Assembly (NCBI GenBank): GCA_035544895.1 | Contig: DASZZM010000039.1 | Span: 61,007-125,006 of the forward strand | DNA: 64,000 nt | Direction of reading: 5' to 3' | Source of the DNA: Thermoanaerobaculia bacterium | GTDB taxonomy: Bacteria; Acidobacteriota; Thermoanaerobaculia; Multivoradales; UBA5704 | Shown here: positions 19,065-27,855 of the stretch, piece after piece | Numbering within the stretch: the first letter of the stretch is position 1 | How the letters are laid out: each line of letters begins with the position of its first letter | Notes under the pieces: model-generated | What the model was told of the DNA's origin: nothing | Databases searched by the model: none | The model's input: only the letters and a program-made list of their open reading frames with translations | Translations under genes and position numbers: made by a program

Positions 19065-21913
19065 GCCGGCGCGCGCGCGCCCTGTCGCTGGCTTGCGCTC
19101 TCGCCGTCGCCGCCGGCCCGGCCCCGGCCCAGACGCCGCCGCTCCCGAAGCCCCCGGAGCTCTCGGAGCTCCCGGCGCTCCCGCTGCTCCCGGCACTCCC
19201 GCTAGTCACCGCGATCGAGATCCGCACTCCGACGCCTCTCGGCAAGAAATCCGAGGTCGCTTCGGTGCTCGAGATCGAGCCGGGCAAGCCGCTGACCGAC
19301 ATGGCGGTGCGCCATACGCTGCGCAACCTGGTGGCGACCGGCGCCGCCTCTCGGGCCGAGCTCTACACCCGGACCGAACCGGAGGGAGTGGTCGTGGTCC
19401 TCGTCTTGCGCCCGGTCGTGCAGGTCGGCCGCGTCCGCCTCGCCGGCGACCTCGGCCTCGACGAGTCCGAGCTCAAGGCCGTCCTGCCGCAGAAGGAGGC
19501 GGAGCCCCTCGCCGAGGAGGCGGTGGTCCAGGGGGTCTACAACCTGCAGAACCTCTACCAGCAGAACGGCTACTTCAAGGCCAGCGTGCACCTCGACGTC
19601 CATACCGATCCGGTGCAGCACGGGGCCGACGTAACTTACCAGGTGGCCGCCGGACCGCGCGCCACGGTCGGCACGATCGCCTTCGACGGCCAGCTGGCGC
19701 CGTTCGCTCCGGCCATCTTGATCGATCGCCTGCGGACCAAGCCCGGCAAGGCCTATCGCCAGCGCGCGGCGGAGGACGATGCCGAGCGCCTGCAGGCATG
19801 GCTGATCGAGCAGCACTACGGGTCTGCCCGGGTGGACCGTCCGCGCGCGGCCTACGATGCCGCCAGCAATAGCGTGGGCCTGGTCTATCCCGTCCAGCTC
19901 GGGCCGCTGATCACGTTCACGCTCACCGGCGGCGATGAAAAGAAGCTGCGCAAGAAAGGACTGCTCCCATTCCTCGGCCCCGAAGGCTATGACGAAGCGC
20001 TGGTGCAGCAGGCGCTCGCCAAGATCAAGGCCTACTACCAGCTCCAGGGGCATTACCACGTGCGCGTCGACTCCGCCGAAAAACCCGCCGAAGGCAAACT
20101 CGATCTCGCCATCACCATCGAGCCCGGTCCGGTCTATACCCTCGAAGCCGTCGAGTTCAGGGGCAACCGCGGCGTCGGCAGCTCCCAGCTCGCCAAGCTG
20201 ATGTCCACCGCGCCGCGCAAGCTGCTGCGGCCGGGAAGCGGGCGGCTGGTGCAGGACGAGCTCGATGCCGATATCGAAAACATCCGCTCCTACTACGCCC
20301 TGCAAGGCTATGGAGAGGCCAAGGTCGGGCCGGCCCAAGTGACCGAGCAAGGCGCCGTGCTGCGCCTCGCCGTGCCGATCGACGAGGGGCCGCAGCAGCG
20401 GGTGGTCAAGATCGAGCTGCGCGGCGTCGAGAAGCTCGACGCGGCCAGGCTGCGCAAGAGCCTGCCGCTCCAGGAAGGGGGGCCCTTCCATCCGGTGTTG
20501 CTGGAGCAGACGCTGACCGCGATCCGCACCGCCTACGCCGACCAGGGGTACCTGCGCATGCAGGTCTCCGCGGCGAGCGACTGGGACCGCTCACATCGCC
20601 TCGTCGACCTGACCCTCTCGGTCCTCGAGGGGCCGCAGCGCGTGCTCGACCGTGTGATCGTGCGCGGCAACCAGGCGACCAGGGTCGAGGTCATTCGCCG
20701 CGCGCTCGCCGTCAAGCAGGGCGAGCCGCTGGGCCAGACCAAGCTCTTCGAACTGGAAAGCCGGCTCTACCGGCTGGGGATCTTCTCGCGCGCCGACGTG
20801 GACCTGACCGGGTCCGGTCTCGATTCGCCGGAGCGCGACGTGCTGGTGCGGGTCGAAGAGGCCAAGTTCAAGAGCCTCACCTACGGCGCCGGCTACGACA
20901 CCCAAGAGGGGCTGCGCGGCACCGTCGGCTTCTCCCACAGCAATGTAGCGGGCCAGGCGGACAGCCTGCGCGCCGACATGCGGCTGTCGCAACGCGACAA
21001 ACGGTTCCGTCTGCTGTTCAACCAGCCGTACCTGGGCAGCCGCCGGATTCCCCTGACCTCGACGCTGTTCTACTTCGACACCCGCGAGGTGAGCTTCCGC
21101 ACCAAGCGTTGGGGCGGCCGGGTGGAAGCGGTCAAGGCGTCGCCGCACAAGCGCCTGTCGCTCGCCTTCGACTACCGCGTCGTCGAGCTGACGGTCGACC
21201 CCGGCGTGGCCCTCAATGCCATCGAGCGCCAGAACCGGCCCAACCAGCTGTCCAGCGTCATCCCGACGCTGTTGCTCGATCATCGCGACGACCCGCTGGA
21301 GCCGACGCGCGGGTGGAGCGCGCTGGCGCAGATCCAGTATTCCTTCCCCTTGGCCTCGAAGGCGGACTTCCTGAAGCTTTTCTTGCAGCAGACCCGGTAC
21401 TTCCACCTGGGCCGCCCCGGAGTGGTGGCCGCCAGCCTGCGGGCCGGTGGGATCGAGGCCTTCAGCAGCCTTGGGCGAGGCGACCCGGACGTGCCTCCTT
21501 CGCTGCCCAGCAGCAACGTCTTCATCGACGAACGCTTCTTCGGCGGCGGCAGCACCACGCACCGCGCCTACAGCCTCGACCGCCTCGGCATCCGCGGCCA
21601 GACCCTGATCCAGCCCGCCGGCCGCAGCGCCTTCTTGCCGGTCGGCGGCAATGGTTTGCTGCTCGCCAACGTCGACTACCGATTCCCGATCGCCGGACCG
21701 GTGGGTGGCATTCTGTTTTTCGATTCCGGCAACATCTGGCCCGACTGGCGCGACATCCGCCTGCGCGAGGTGAAGTCCGGCGTCGGCCTGGGTGTGCGCT
21801 ACCTCTCGCCGATCGGTCCCCTGCGCGCCGAGATTGGCTGGAAGCTCAACCGCGAGCGCCACCCCGACGAGCCCCCGTTCGTGGTGTTCCTGAGCTTCGG
21901 GAATCCGTTCTAG
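19061..21913 (+). CDS. Omp85/BamA-TamA family outer-membrane protein with multiple POTRA domains
   Basis: Probable TTG start overlapping the tamB stop; signal peptide; repeated POTRA motifs (F.GN, Y..QGY); RFFGGGSTTHRAY, GLGVRYLSPIGPLR, terminal FGNPF. Confidence 0.88.
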   Translation: MSRRARALSLACALAVAAGPAPAQTPPLPKPPELSELPALPLLPALPLVTAIEIRTPTPLGKKSEVASVLEIEPGKPLTDMAVRHTLRNLVATGAASRAELYTRTEPEGVVVVLVLRPVVQVGRVRLAGDLGLDESELKAVLPQKEAEPLAEEAVVQGVYNLQNLYQQNGYFKASVHLDVHTDPVQHGADVTYQVAAGPRATVGTIAFDGQLAPFAPAILIDRLRTKPGKAYRQRAAEDDAERLQAWLIEQHYGSARVDRPRAAYDAASNSVGLVYPVQLGPLITFTLTGGDEKKLRKKGLLPFLGPEGYDEALVQQALAKIKAYYQLQGHYHVRVDSAEKPAEGKLDLAITIEPGPVYTLEAVEFRGNRGVGSSQLAKLMSTAPRKLLRPGSGRLVQDELDADIENIRSYYALQGYGEAKVGPAQVTEQGAVLRLAVPIDEGPQQRVVKIELRGVEKLDAARLRKSLPLQEGGPFHPVLLEQTLTAIRTAYADQGYLRMQVSAASDWDRSHRLVDLTLSVLEGPQRVLDRVIVRGNQATRVEVIRRALAVKQGEPLGQTKLFELESRLYRLGIFSRADVDLTGSGLDSPERDVLVRVEEAKFKSLTYGAGYDTQEGLRGTVGFSHSNVAGQADSLRADMRLSQRDKRFRLLFNQPYLGSRRIPLTSTLFYFDTREVSFRTKRWGGRVEAVKASPHKRLSLAFDYRVVELTVDPGVALNAIERQNRPNQLSSVIPTLLLDHRDDPLEPTRGWSALAQIQYSFPLASKADFLKLFLQQTRYFHLGRPGVVAASLRAGGIEAFSSLGRGDPDVPPSLPSSNVFIDERFFGGGSTTHRAYSLDRLGIRGQTLIQPAGRSAFLPVGGNGLLLANVDYRFPIAGPVGGILFFDSGNIWPDWRDIRLREVKSGVGLGVRYLSPIGPLRAEIGWKLNRERHPDEPPFVVFLSFGNPF

Positions 21914-21952
21914 CGGACGTGTTATTCTAGGGGTGGGAAGACCTCTAAACCA

Positions 21953-23167
21953 ATGTCCAAGCCGGCACCGTTCACTGCGATAGAGGCGGCGATCGAGCAT
22001 TTCCGCCAGGGCGGGATGGTCATCATCGTGGATGACGAGGACCGCGAGAACGAGGGCGACCTGGCGATCGCCGCCGAGAAGGTCAGCGCCAAGGCGATCA
22101 ATTTCATGGCCAAATTCGGCCGCGGGCTGATCTGCCTCGCCTTGACCGAGGAGCGCTGCCGCGAGCTCGACCTGCCGCTCATGGTGGAGACCAACACCTC
22201 CACCTTCGGGACCGCCTTCACCGTCTCCATCGAGGCGCGCGGCAAGGTCACCACCGGGATCTCGGCGGCGGACCGCGCCGCCACCGTCCTGACCGCCATC
22301 GACCCGGCGACCCGTCCCGAGGACCTGCTGCGCCCCGGCCATGTCTTCCCGCTGCGCGCCCGCAAGGGCGGGGTGCTCAAGCGCGCCGGGCAGACCGAGG
22401 CGTCGGTGGACCTGGCAGTTCTCGCCGGGCTCGCGCCGGCGGGCGTCATCTGCGAGATCATGAACGACGACGGCTCGATGGCGCGTGTTCCCGACCTCAC
22501 CGCGTTCGCGGCCGAGCACGGCCTGCCGATGATCACCGTCTCGGACCTGATCAGCTACCGGCTGCGCCACGAGACGCTGGTGCGCAAGGTCGCCTCCCCG
22601 CTCCTACCCACCGTCTACGGGGAGTTCCGCATCCATGCCTACCGCTCGGACGTGACCGGCGACGAGAACGTGGCGCTGGTGATGGGCGAGATCTCCCCGG
22701 AGGAGCCGGTCCTGGTGCGGGTGCACAGCCAGTGCCTGACCGGCGACATCTTTGCCTCGGCGCGCTGCGACTGCGGCGTCCAGCTCCAGCAGGCGCTCGA
22801 CAAGATCGCGCAGGAGGGCAAAGGCGTGCTCCTCTACCTGCTGCAGGAGGGGCGCGGCATCGGGCTGATGAACAAGCTGCGGGCCTATGAGCTGCAGGAG
22901 CAGGGACACGACACGGTCGAGGCCAACGAGCGCCTGGGCTTCCGCCCCGATCAACGCGAGTACGGGGTCGGCGCCCAGATCCTGCGCGACCTCGGGGTGC
23001 GCCAGATGCGCTTGATGACCAACAACCCCAGCAAGTACATCGCCCTGCACGGCTACGGCCTGGAGATCGTCGAGCGTGTGCCTCTGGAAGTGCCGCCGAC
23101 CGACGCCAGCCGCAAGTACCTGCGCACCAAGCGCGACAAGCTCGGCCACCTGCTCAAGCTGGTCTAG
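21953..23167 (+). CDS. ribBA: Bifunctional DHBP synthase / GTP cyclohydrolase II
   Basis: [56 protein letters not shown]. Confidence 0.97.
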   Translation: MSKPAPFTAIEAAIEHFRQGGMVIIVDDEDRENEGDLAIAAEKVSAKAINFMAKFGRGLICLALTEERCRELDLPLMVETNTSTFGTAFTVSIEARGKVTTGISAADRAATVLTAIDPATRPEDLLRPGHVFPLRARKGGVLKRAGQTEASVDLAVLAGLAPAGVICEIMNDDGSMARVPDLTAFAAEHGLPMITVSDLISYRLRHETLVRKVASPLLPTVYGEFRIHAYRSDVTGDENVALVMGEISPEEPVLVRVHSQCLTGDIFASARCDCGVQLQQALDKIAQEGKGVLLYLLQEGRGIGLMNKLRAYELQEQGHDTVEANERLGFRPDQREYGVGAQILRDLGVRQMRLMTNNPSKYIALHGYGLEIVERVPLEVPPTDASRKYLRTKRDKLGHLLKLV

Positions 23168-23182
23168 AACCGCTCTCATGGC

Positions 23183-24418
23183 TTGAACATCCTCCTCGTC
23201 ACCACGCGCTATCCCTGGCCGCCGCGGCGCGGCGATCAGCTGCGCACGGTGCAGATGCTCGACTTGCTGTCTGGCGAGCACGCGGTCACTCTGCTGACGC
23301 CGGCTCCTCGCAAGAGCGCCGCCGCCATGACGAGCTTCCGGGACGGTTCGGCCCCCGTCCTCCCTCCGCGCAATGTTCAGGAGATTCAGGAGGCGGTGCG
23401 GATCGAAACCTATGAGAGCGGAGGAGTGGGCGCCGCGGCGGAAGGGTTCGCCCGCGCCGCGGTTGGCGGCTGGCCCCTGCAGAGCGGGCTTTTCCACCTG
23501 CCGGGCCTGGGCAGGCGGCTGCGCGCGCTCGCGCCGCGGGCCGATCTCGCCGTCATGCAGCTGGCGCGGCTGGCCATCCACCTCGACGATTTCGGCAACA
23601 CTCCGCTGCTGATCGACCTGATCGACAGCCTGTCGCTCAACCTCGCGCGGCGCGCCGCCTGCGACCGGAGGTGGCTTCGTCCCCTGCTCCGGCTCGAAGC
23701 GGGCCGGCTTGCCCGCGCCGAGACGAGGCTTGCCGCGCGCGCCCGCGCCGTCGTGGTGGTCAGCGAACGGGACCGGCTGGCGCTCGCCGGCCGCATGCCA
23801 GCCGCCCTGGCCGGCCGCCTCGGGCTGGTCGGACTGGCGGTCGAGCCCGGCGCGCACGCCGAGCAAAGGGAGCCGCGCCGTGGCGGTCCCGTCCTGGCCA
23901 TCACCGGCAATCTCGGTTACTTCGTCAACGCGGACGCGGTGCTCTGGTGGCTGGGTGCGGTCTGGCCTTTACTGCGCGCGCGGCGGCCCGACGTGCGGCT
24001 GGAGGTCGCCGGCGACCGGCCGCGGCCGGCGGTGCGGCGAGCCGTGACCCGGGCGGGCGCTCTGCTGATCGAGTCGCCGGCCGACCTGCGGCAGGTGCTC
24101 GCCGGAGCGACCATCGCGCTTGCGCCGCTGCGCTGCGGATCGGGAGTGCCTCTCAAGGTGCTCGAAGCCTGGGCCGCGGGAATCCCGGTCGTCGCCACGC
24201 CCTGGGCCGCCGCCGGGACCTCCGGCCGCCCGGGAGAGGACCTGCGCGTTGCCGAACGCCCGCAGGAGTGGGTGGAGACCCTGCTCGATCTGCTCGACGA
24301 CCCTGCCGCGAGGCGCCGCCTCGCGGAAAACGGCCGCCGCCGCCTCGAAGCCGACTACTCCCGCGCCGCAGTCGGGCGACAGCTCGCTCACGCAATTGAG
24401 CTGGCCTGCTCGGGTTAG
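23183..24418 (+). CDS. Glycosyltransferase family 4 (GT-B)
   Basis: YPWPPRRGDQLR; GNLGYFVN.DA; GSGVPLKVLEAWAAGIPVVAT. TTG start. Confidence 0.85.
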   Translation: MNILLVTTRYPWPPRRGDQLRTVQMLDLLSGEHAVTLLTPAPRKSAAAMTSFRDGSAPVLPPRNVQEIQEAVRIETYESGGVGAAAEGFARAAVGGWPLQSGLFHLPGLGRRLRALAPRADLAVMQLARLAIHLDDFGNTPLLIDLIDSLSLNLARRAACDRRWLRPLLRLEAGRLARAETRLAARARAVVVVSERDRLALAGRMPAALAGRLGLVGLAVEPGAHAEQREPRRGGPVLAITGNLGYFVNADAVLWWLGAVWPLLRARRPDVRLEVAGDRPRPAVRRAVTRAGALLIESPADLRQVLAGATIALAPLRCGSGVPLKVLEAWAAGIPVVATPWAAAGTSGRPGEDLRVAERPQEWVETLLDLLDDPAARRRLAENGRRRLEADYSRAAVGRQLAHAIELACSG

Positions 24419-24512
24419 TTGCCGCCACCGGCGTTCCACACGAACCATTTCGTTTTAGTCCCGGTGAGTGAGAAGACCGTATCAGGGGCGGTCATGAGCA
24501 GGTCGGGAGCGA

Positions 24513-24530
24513 TTCATGATATATCATGAA
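24513..24530. promoter_or_regulatory. Perfect 18-bp palindrome (candidate operator) in AT-rich promoter region
   Basis: TTCATGATATATCATGAA is its own reverse complement; TATAAT at 24560-24565 lies downstream. Confidence 0.65.
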
Positions 24531-24559
24531 ATAGAAAAGTGAGAATTATTTGGAATATA

Positions 24560-24657
24560 TATAATCGAAAGAGCCTTTCCTTGGTAAGAGCGGCGGTGAC
24601 GCCACCGCCGCGCACTGCCAGGCCAATAGCCGGCCTGGCGCAAACCGTGGAAAGGAG
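24560..24657 (+). promoter_or_regulatory. Putative -10 box, two leader hairpins and SD for the small secreted protein gene
   Basis: TATAAT at 24560; stem GCGGCGGTG/CACCGCCGC (24590-24611); stem GCCAGGCC/GGCCTGGC (24617-24639); AAAGGAG at 24651. Confidence 0.55.
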
Positions 24658-24663
24658 TTTTTT

Positions 24664-25029
24664 ATGAGCAGGCAAGGACTTCACCGCGTTTTACCAGGGC
24701 TGGCCATCGCGGCCGCCCTGAACCTGACGGCTCCCGGCCGGGCCGAGGCGGCCTGGGCTTTCCGAGCCAATTCCGCGGCAGGCTGGAGCGACGTCTGGAG
24801 CGCCGCCTGGAGCAAGGGGGCGAGCTGGTGGGACGATCTGTGGGCCCGGGTTGGGCCCGGGCCGTCCCGCGGCGGCTCACGGCCGAGCACGGAAGCTCGA
24901 TTCAGCGGCGTCTCGAGGAAAGAGGGCCAGCACGATGGCGACTCTTCGTGGCACCGCGACGATCGGGGTCCCGGTTCAGAAGGAGCCTGCAGCGTCAACC
25001 CGAACGGCGTCTGCAGCCCTGAGCACTGA
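24664..25029 (+). CDS. Small secreted protein/propeptide (121 aa) ending in C-SVNPNGV-C
   Basis: Strong SD; signal peptide ending AEA-A; Trp-rich segment, Gly/Ser/Arg linker, C-terminal GACSVNPNGVCSPEH. Confidence 0.7.
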   Translation: MSRQGLHRVLPGLAIAAALNLTAPGRAEAAWAFRANSAAGWSDVWSAAWSKGASWWDDLWARVGPGPSRGGSRPSTEARFSGVSRKEGQHDGDSSWHRDDRGPGSEGACSVNPNGVCSPEH

Positions 25030-25100
25030 GCCGAAGCGGGGAGAAGCTTGCGTTGAAGGGAGGCTTGTTCTAATCTCCTGAAATTTACTGAAGGAGGGGT

Positions 25101-26516
25101 TTGAGCGAACATCCCACCGCCGAGGAGCTCGCGCGCTTCATCGCCGAGGAGCTTCCTCCGCCGCGGACTCGGGCCGTGGTCGAGCACCTGGTCCGCGGCT
25201 GCCGGCGCTGCCGCACGGCGCTTGCCGGGCGGACGGGACTCGCTTCCTTCGCGGCTCCGGCGGCGGCTGCCGAGCGGCCGGCGGCCGGTGGACGGGATCG
25301 CCGGCGCGGCAAGCGGAGCGGAACGGGCGCCGGCTCCGGCTCCTGCAATGCCGAGTACGACCGCGCGATCGCCAGCGCTTTCGCCACCGCTCGCCGGCAC
25401 AGCCGCCGCCTGCGCCTCGACAAGGCGAGAGCGCAGCAGGTCCGCGACCTCTTGCAGGCCCGGGGCATCGCCGGCTTCCTCGGCCTGCCCAGGCACCTGC
25501 GCGGCGTACCCGCCTGTCAAGGGTGTCTCGATCTCGCCTGGTCCCTGCGCCAGGAGGATCCGCGGCAGATGGTGCAGCTGGCGCAGCTGGCGACCCTGGC
25601 CGCGCGCCGGCTGCCGCCGGCTGGCCACGGCGATGCCCAGAGCCTCGACTTGCGCTGCCGAGCCGAGATGGAGCTGGCCAACGCCTATCGGGTGGTCAGC
25701 CGGTTTCGCGAAGCGGGTGCCGCCTTGAGTGTCGCGGCCGACCTCTTTCGCCGCGGCAGCCGAGATCCTTTCCTTGCCGCGCGGCTCCTCGAGATCAAGG
25801 CCAACATCTGCGGCGACCGCTGCAACTTCCTGGAAGCCTTCAGAGCTCTCAACGGCGCGGCGCGGATCTATCGCCGCTACGGCCAACCTCACCTCGCCGG
25901 CCGCATGCTGATCGAGAAAGGCATGTATAGCGGCCACGCGGGCGAGCCGGAGAAGGCGATCGCCTTGCTGCGCCAAGGCCTCGAGATGATCGATCCGGCG
26001 ATCGATCCGCAACTAGCCCTGGCGGCGGTTCACAACGTGGCGGTGTGTATGGTGGATCGCGGCGACTTCCGGCCGGCACGGCTGCTGCTCTGGCGTCATC
26101 TGCAGCTCTTCGAGGAGCATGCCGGCCTGACGCATCGGCTGAGGCTGGCGTGGCTGAAAGGCCGGATTCACGAGGGACTTGGAGAGTACGTCCGCGCCGA
26201 GCGCGCCTTCGTCCAGACACGCGAGGACATGTCCGCCGCCGGCGACCCGTACGCGGCGGCGACCGCCACTCTCGATCTCGCCGCACTGACGATGCGGCGG
26301 GGAGACGCCGAGCGCGCGCACGCCCTCGCCCGCGAAGCGGCGCAGGTCTACTTCACCCTGGACCTCGGGCGCGAGACCACGGCCGCCGTGATGCTCCTCG
26401 AGGCGACTCTCGAGTTTCAGAAGAGTACGACGGCAGGGCTGTTCAAACAGGTTGCCGATTTCATGCGCCAGGCCGCGAGCGATAAGTCGCTGAGTTTCAG
26501 GAATTATTTCTCGTAA
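25101..26516 (+). CDS. TPR-like protein with N-terminal zf-HC2-like motif
   Basis: AAGGAGG SD and TTG start; HPTAEELARF...VVEHLVRGCRRCR; AEMELANAYRV...A.AAL; multiple TPR-like helix pairs. Confidence 0.75.
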   Translation: MSEHPTAEELARFIAEELPPPRTRAVVEHLVRGCRRCRTALAGRTGLASFAAPAAAAERPAAGGRDRRRGKRSGTGAGSGSCNAEYDRAIASAFATARRHSRRLRLDKARAQQVRDLLQARGIAGFLGLPRHLRGVPACQGCLDLAWSLRQEDPRQMVQLAQLATLAARRLPPAGHGDAQSLDLRCRAEMELANAYRVVSRFREAGAALSVAADLFRRGSRDPFLAARLLEIKANICGDRCNFLEAFRALNGAARIYRRYGQPHLAGRMLIEKGMYSGHAGEPEKAIALLRQGLEMIDPAIDPQLALAAVHNVAVCMVDRGDFRPARLLLWRHLQLFEEHAGLTHRLRLAWLKGRIHEGLGEYVRAERAFVQTREDMSAAGDPYAAATATLDLAALTMRRGDAERAHALAREAAQVYFTLDLGRETTAAVMLLEATLEFQKSTTAGLFKQVADFMRQAASDKSLSFRNYFS

Positions 26517-26528
26517 GGGGACGCCCCC
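26515..26528 (-). repeat. REP-like motif copy (GGGGGCGTCCCCTT, reverse orientation)
   Basis: AAGGGGACGCCCCC at the TPR stop codon; exact reverse complement of copies at 35373 and 55935. Confidence 0.6.
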
Positions 26529-26587
26529 GCCCCTGGCGTACTGATTGACGAGTTTCTTTCTAACTTCTGCTCCCTGCGGCGAACTAT

Positions 26588-27013
26588 TCAGTCGTCGTCG
26601 AGGGGCGGGTCGGGGTCGAGGCCGGCGATGCGGCGCAGCGCGTCCTGCACCATTTCGTCGATGTCGGGCGGGCCCCAGGGCTCGGTCGTAGCGGCGTCCC
26701 GGGCTGCGGGAGATGGGTGGCGGCCGTGCAGGACCTCGAGGAGGCTCAGCATGCGCTCCTCTTCGGTATCGAGCCCGCGCTCGTGCGGAAACATCACCGC
26801 CAGGAAGCGGGCGGGGGAGAGCTCGAGGGCGCCGAGGATGCTCAGCAGCTGACTGACCTTGAGGTCGCTCGTGCCGCGCATCAGGCGCGTCATGGTGCCC
26901 GCGCTCCAGCCCAGCTGGCGCTCGAAGTCCCGGTAGCTGCGCTGCGACAACCGGATCGCGTCCCTGAGCATGGCAAGCAGGAGCTCGGCAGCGTCGCCGG
27001 ACTTAGCCGCCAT
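26588..27013 (-). CDS. XRE/Cro-family helix-turn-helix regulator
   Basis: LRDAIRLSQRSYRDFERQLGWSAGTMTRLMRGTSDLKVSQLLSILGALELSP pattern; convergent on the TPR gene. Confidence 0.8.
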   Translation of the reverse strand: MAAKSGDAAELLLAMLRDAIRLSQRSYRDFERQLGWSAGTMTRLMRGTSDLKVSQLLSILGALELSPARFLAVMFPHERGLDTEEERMLSLLEVLHGRHPSPAARDAATTEPWGPPDIDEMVQDALRRIAGLDPDPPLDDD

Positions 27014-27284
27014 CTCTCAAAAGGCGCTCTTTCTCATGTCTTTAGCTTATACGGCTGATAAAAACTTGTCCAATTACTGGTGGAAGATCTCGGCGAGAGC
27101 GGCAGCGACCTGCCGAGCGGCAACTAATGGCGGGAGCGGCGGGCCGAGCCCGCACGGCACGAGCCGCGGTCCTCCCGTCCCCCGGTTGGCGGCACGAGAG
27201 CGGCTGGGGCGGGCGTCGACCGGCTCGGGCCGGCTCAGGACGACGGCGGAGATGAGTGAGAGTCGTTCTTGATCGGAGAGACGA

Positions 27285-27617
27285 TCACCAGCGCTCGCGT
27301 CCGCCCTCGCGGTTGCCGCCGCGCCCCCCACCGCCGCCCCAGCCACTGCCGGCGCCGCCGCCGCGCCCTCCCTCGGTGCGCGGCCGCGCCTCGTTGACGT
27401 TGAGCTTGCGCCCCATCACCTCTTTGCCGTTGAGGCCGGTGATGGCGGCTTCGGCCTCGGAGCGCTCCGGCATCTCCAGAAAGCCGAAGCCCTTCGACGA
27501 TCCGGTGACCTTGTCCTTGATGATGGTGCAGGACGAAACCTGCCCGTACTCCTCGAAGGTCTCCTTGAGCTGGTCCTCGGTAATGCGGTAGGGCAGGTTG
27601 CCCACGTACAAATTCAT
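27285..27617 (-). CDS. RRM (RNP-1) RNA-binding protein with Gly-rich tail
   Basis: RNP2 LYVGNL and RNP1 KGFGFLEM; NVNEARPR followed by GGRGG tail. Confidence 0.95.
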   Translation of the reverse strand: MNLYVGNLPYRITEDQLKETFEEYGQVSSCTIIKDKVTGSSKGFGFLEMPERSEAEAAITGLNGKEVMGRKLNVNEARPRTEGGRGGGAGSGWGGGGGRGGNREGGRERW

Positions 27618-27855
27618 CTGTTCCTCCTTGGCTCTGATCCCGTGGAAGAGGCTTGCAAAACCTCTGCCCGCGCACGCCTGGCTTCTGCAACCAGCGTTCC
27701 TGCCTGGCTCGAGGCTCTTGCGGCTCTTCCCGACCGCGTATCACATCAGAGAGGCAGGGTCCGCGCAAGCGTCGGCCCGGGGGCGGGGACGTCGGGCTCT
27801 CGGCTATGATCGGCGCCGTTGGTCCAACGGACGACTGACGGGAAAGAGGTAGCAG

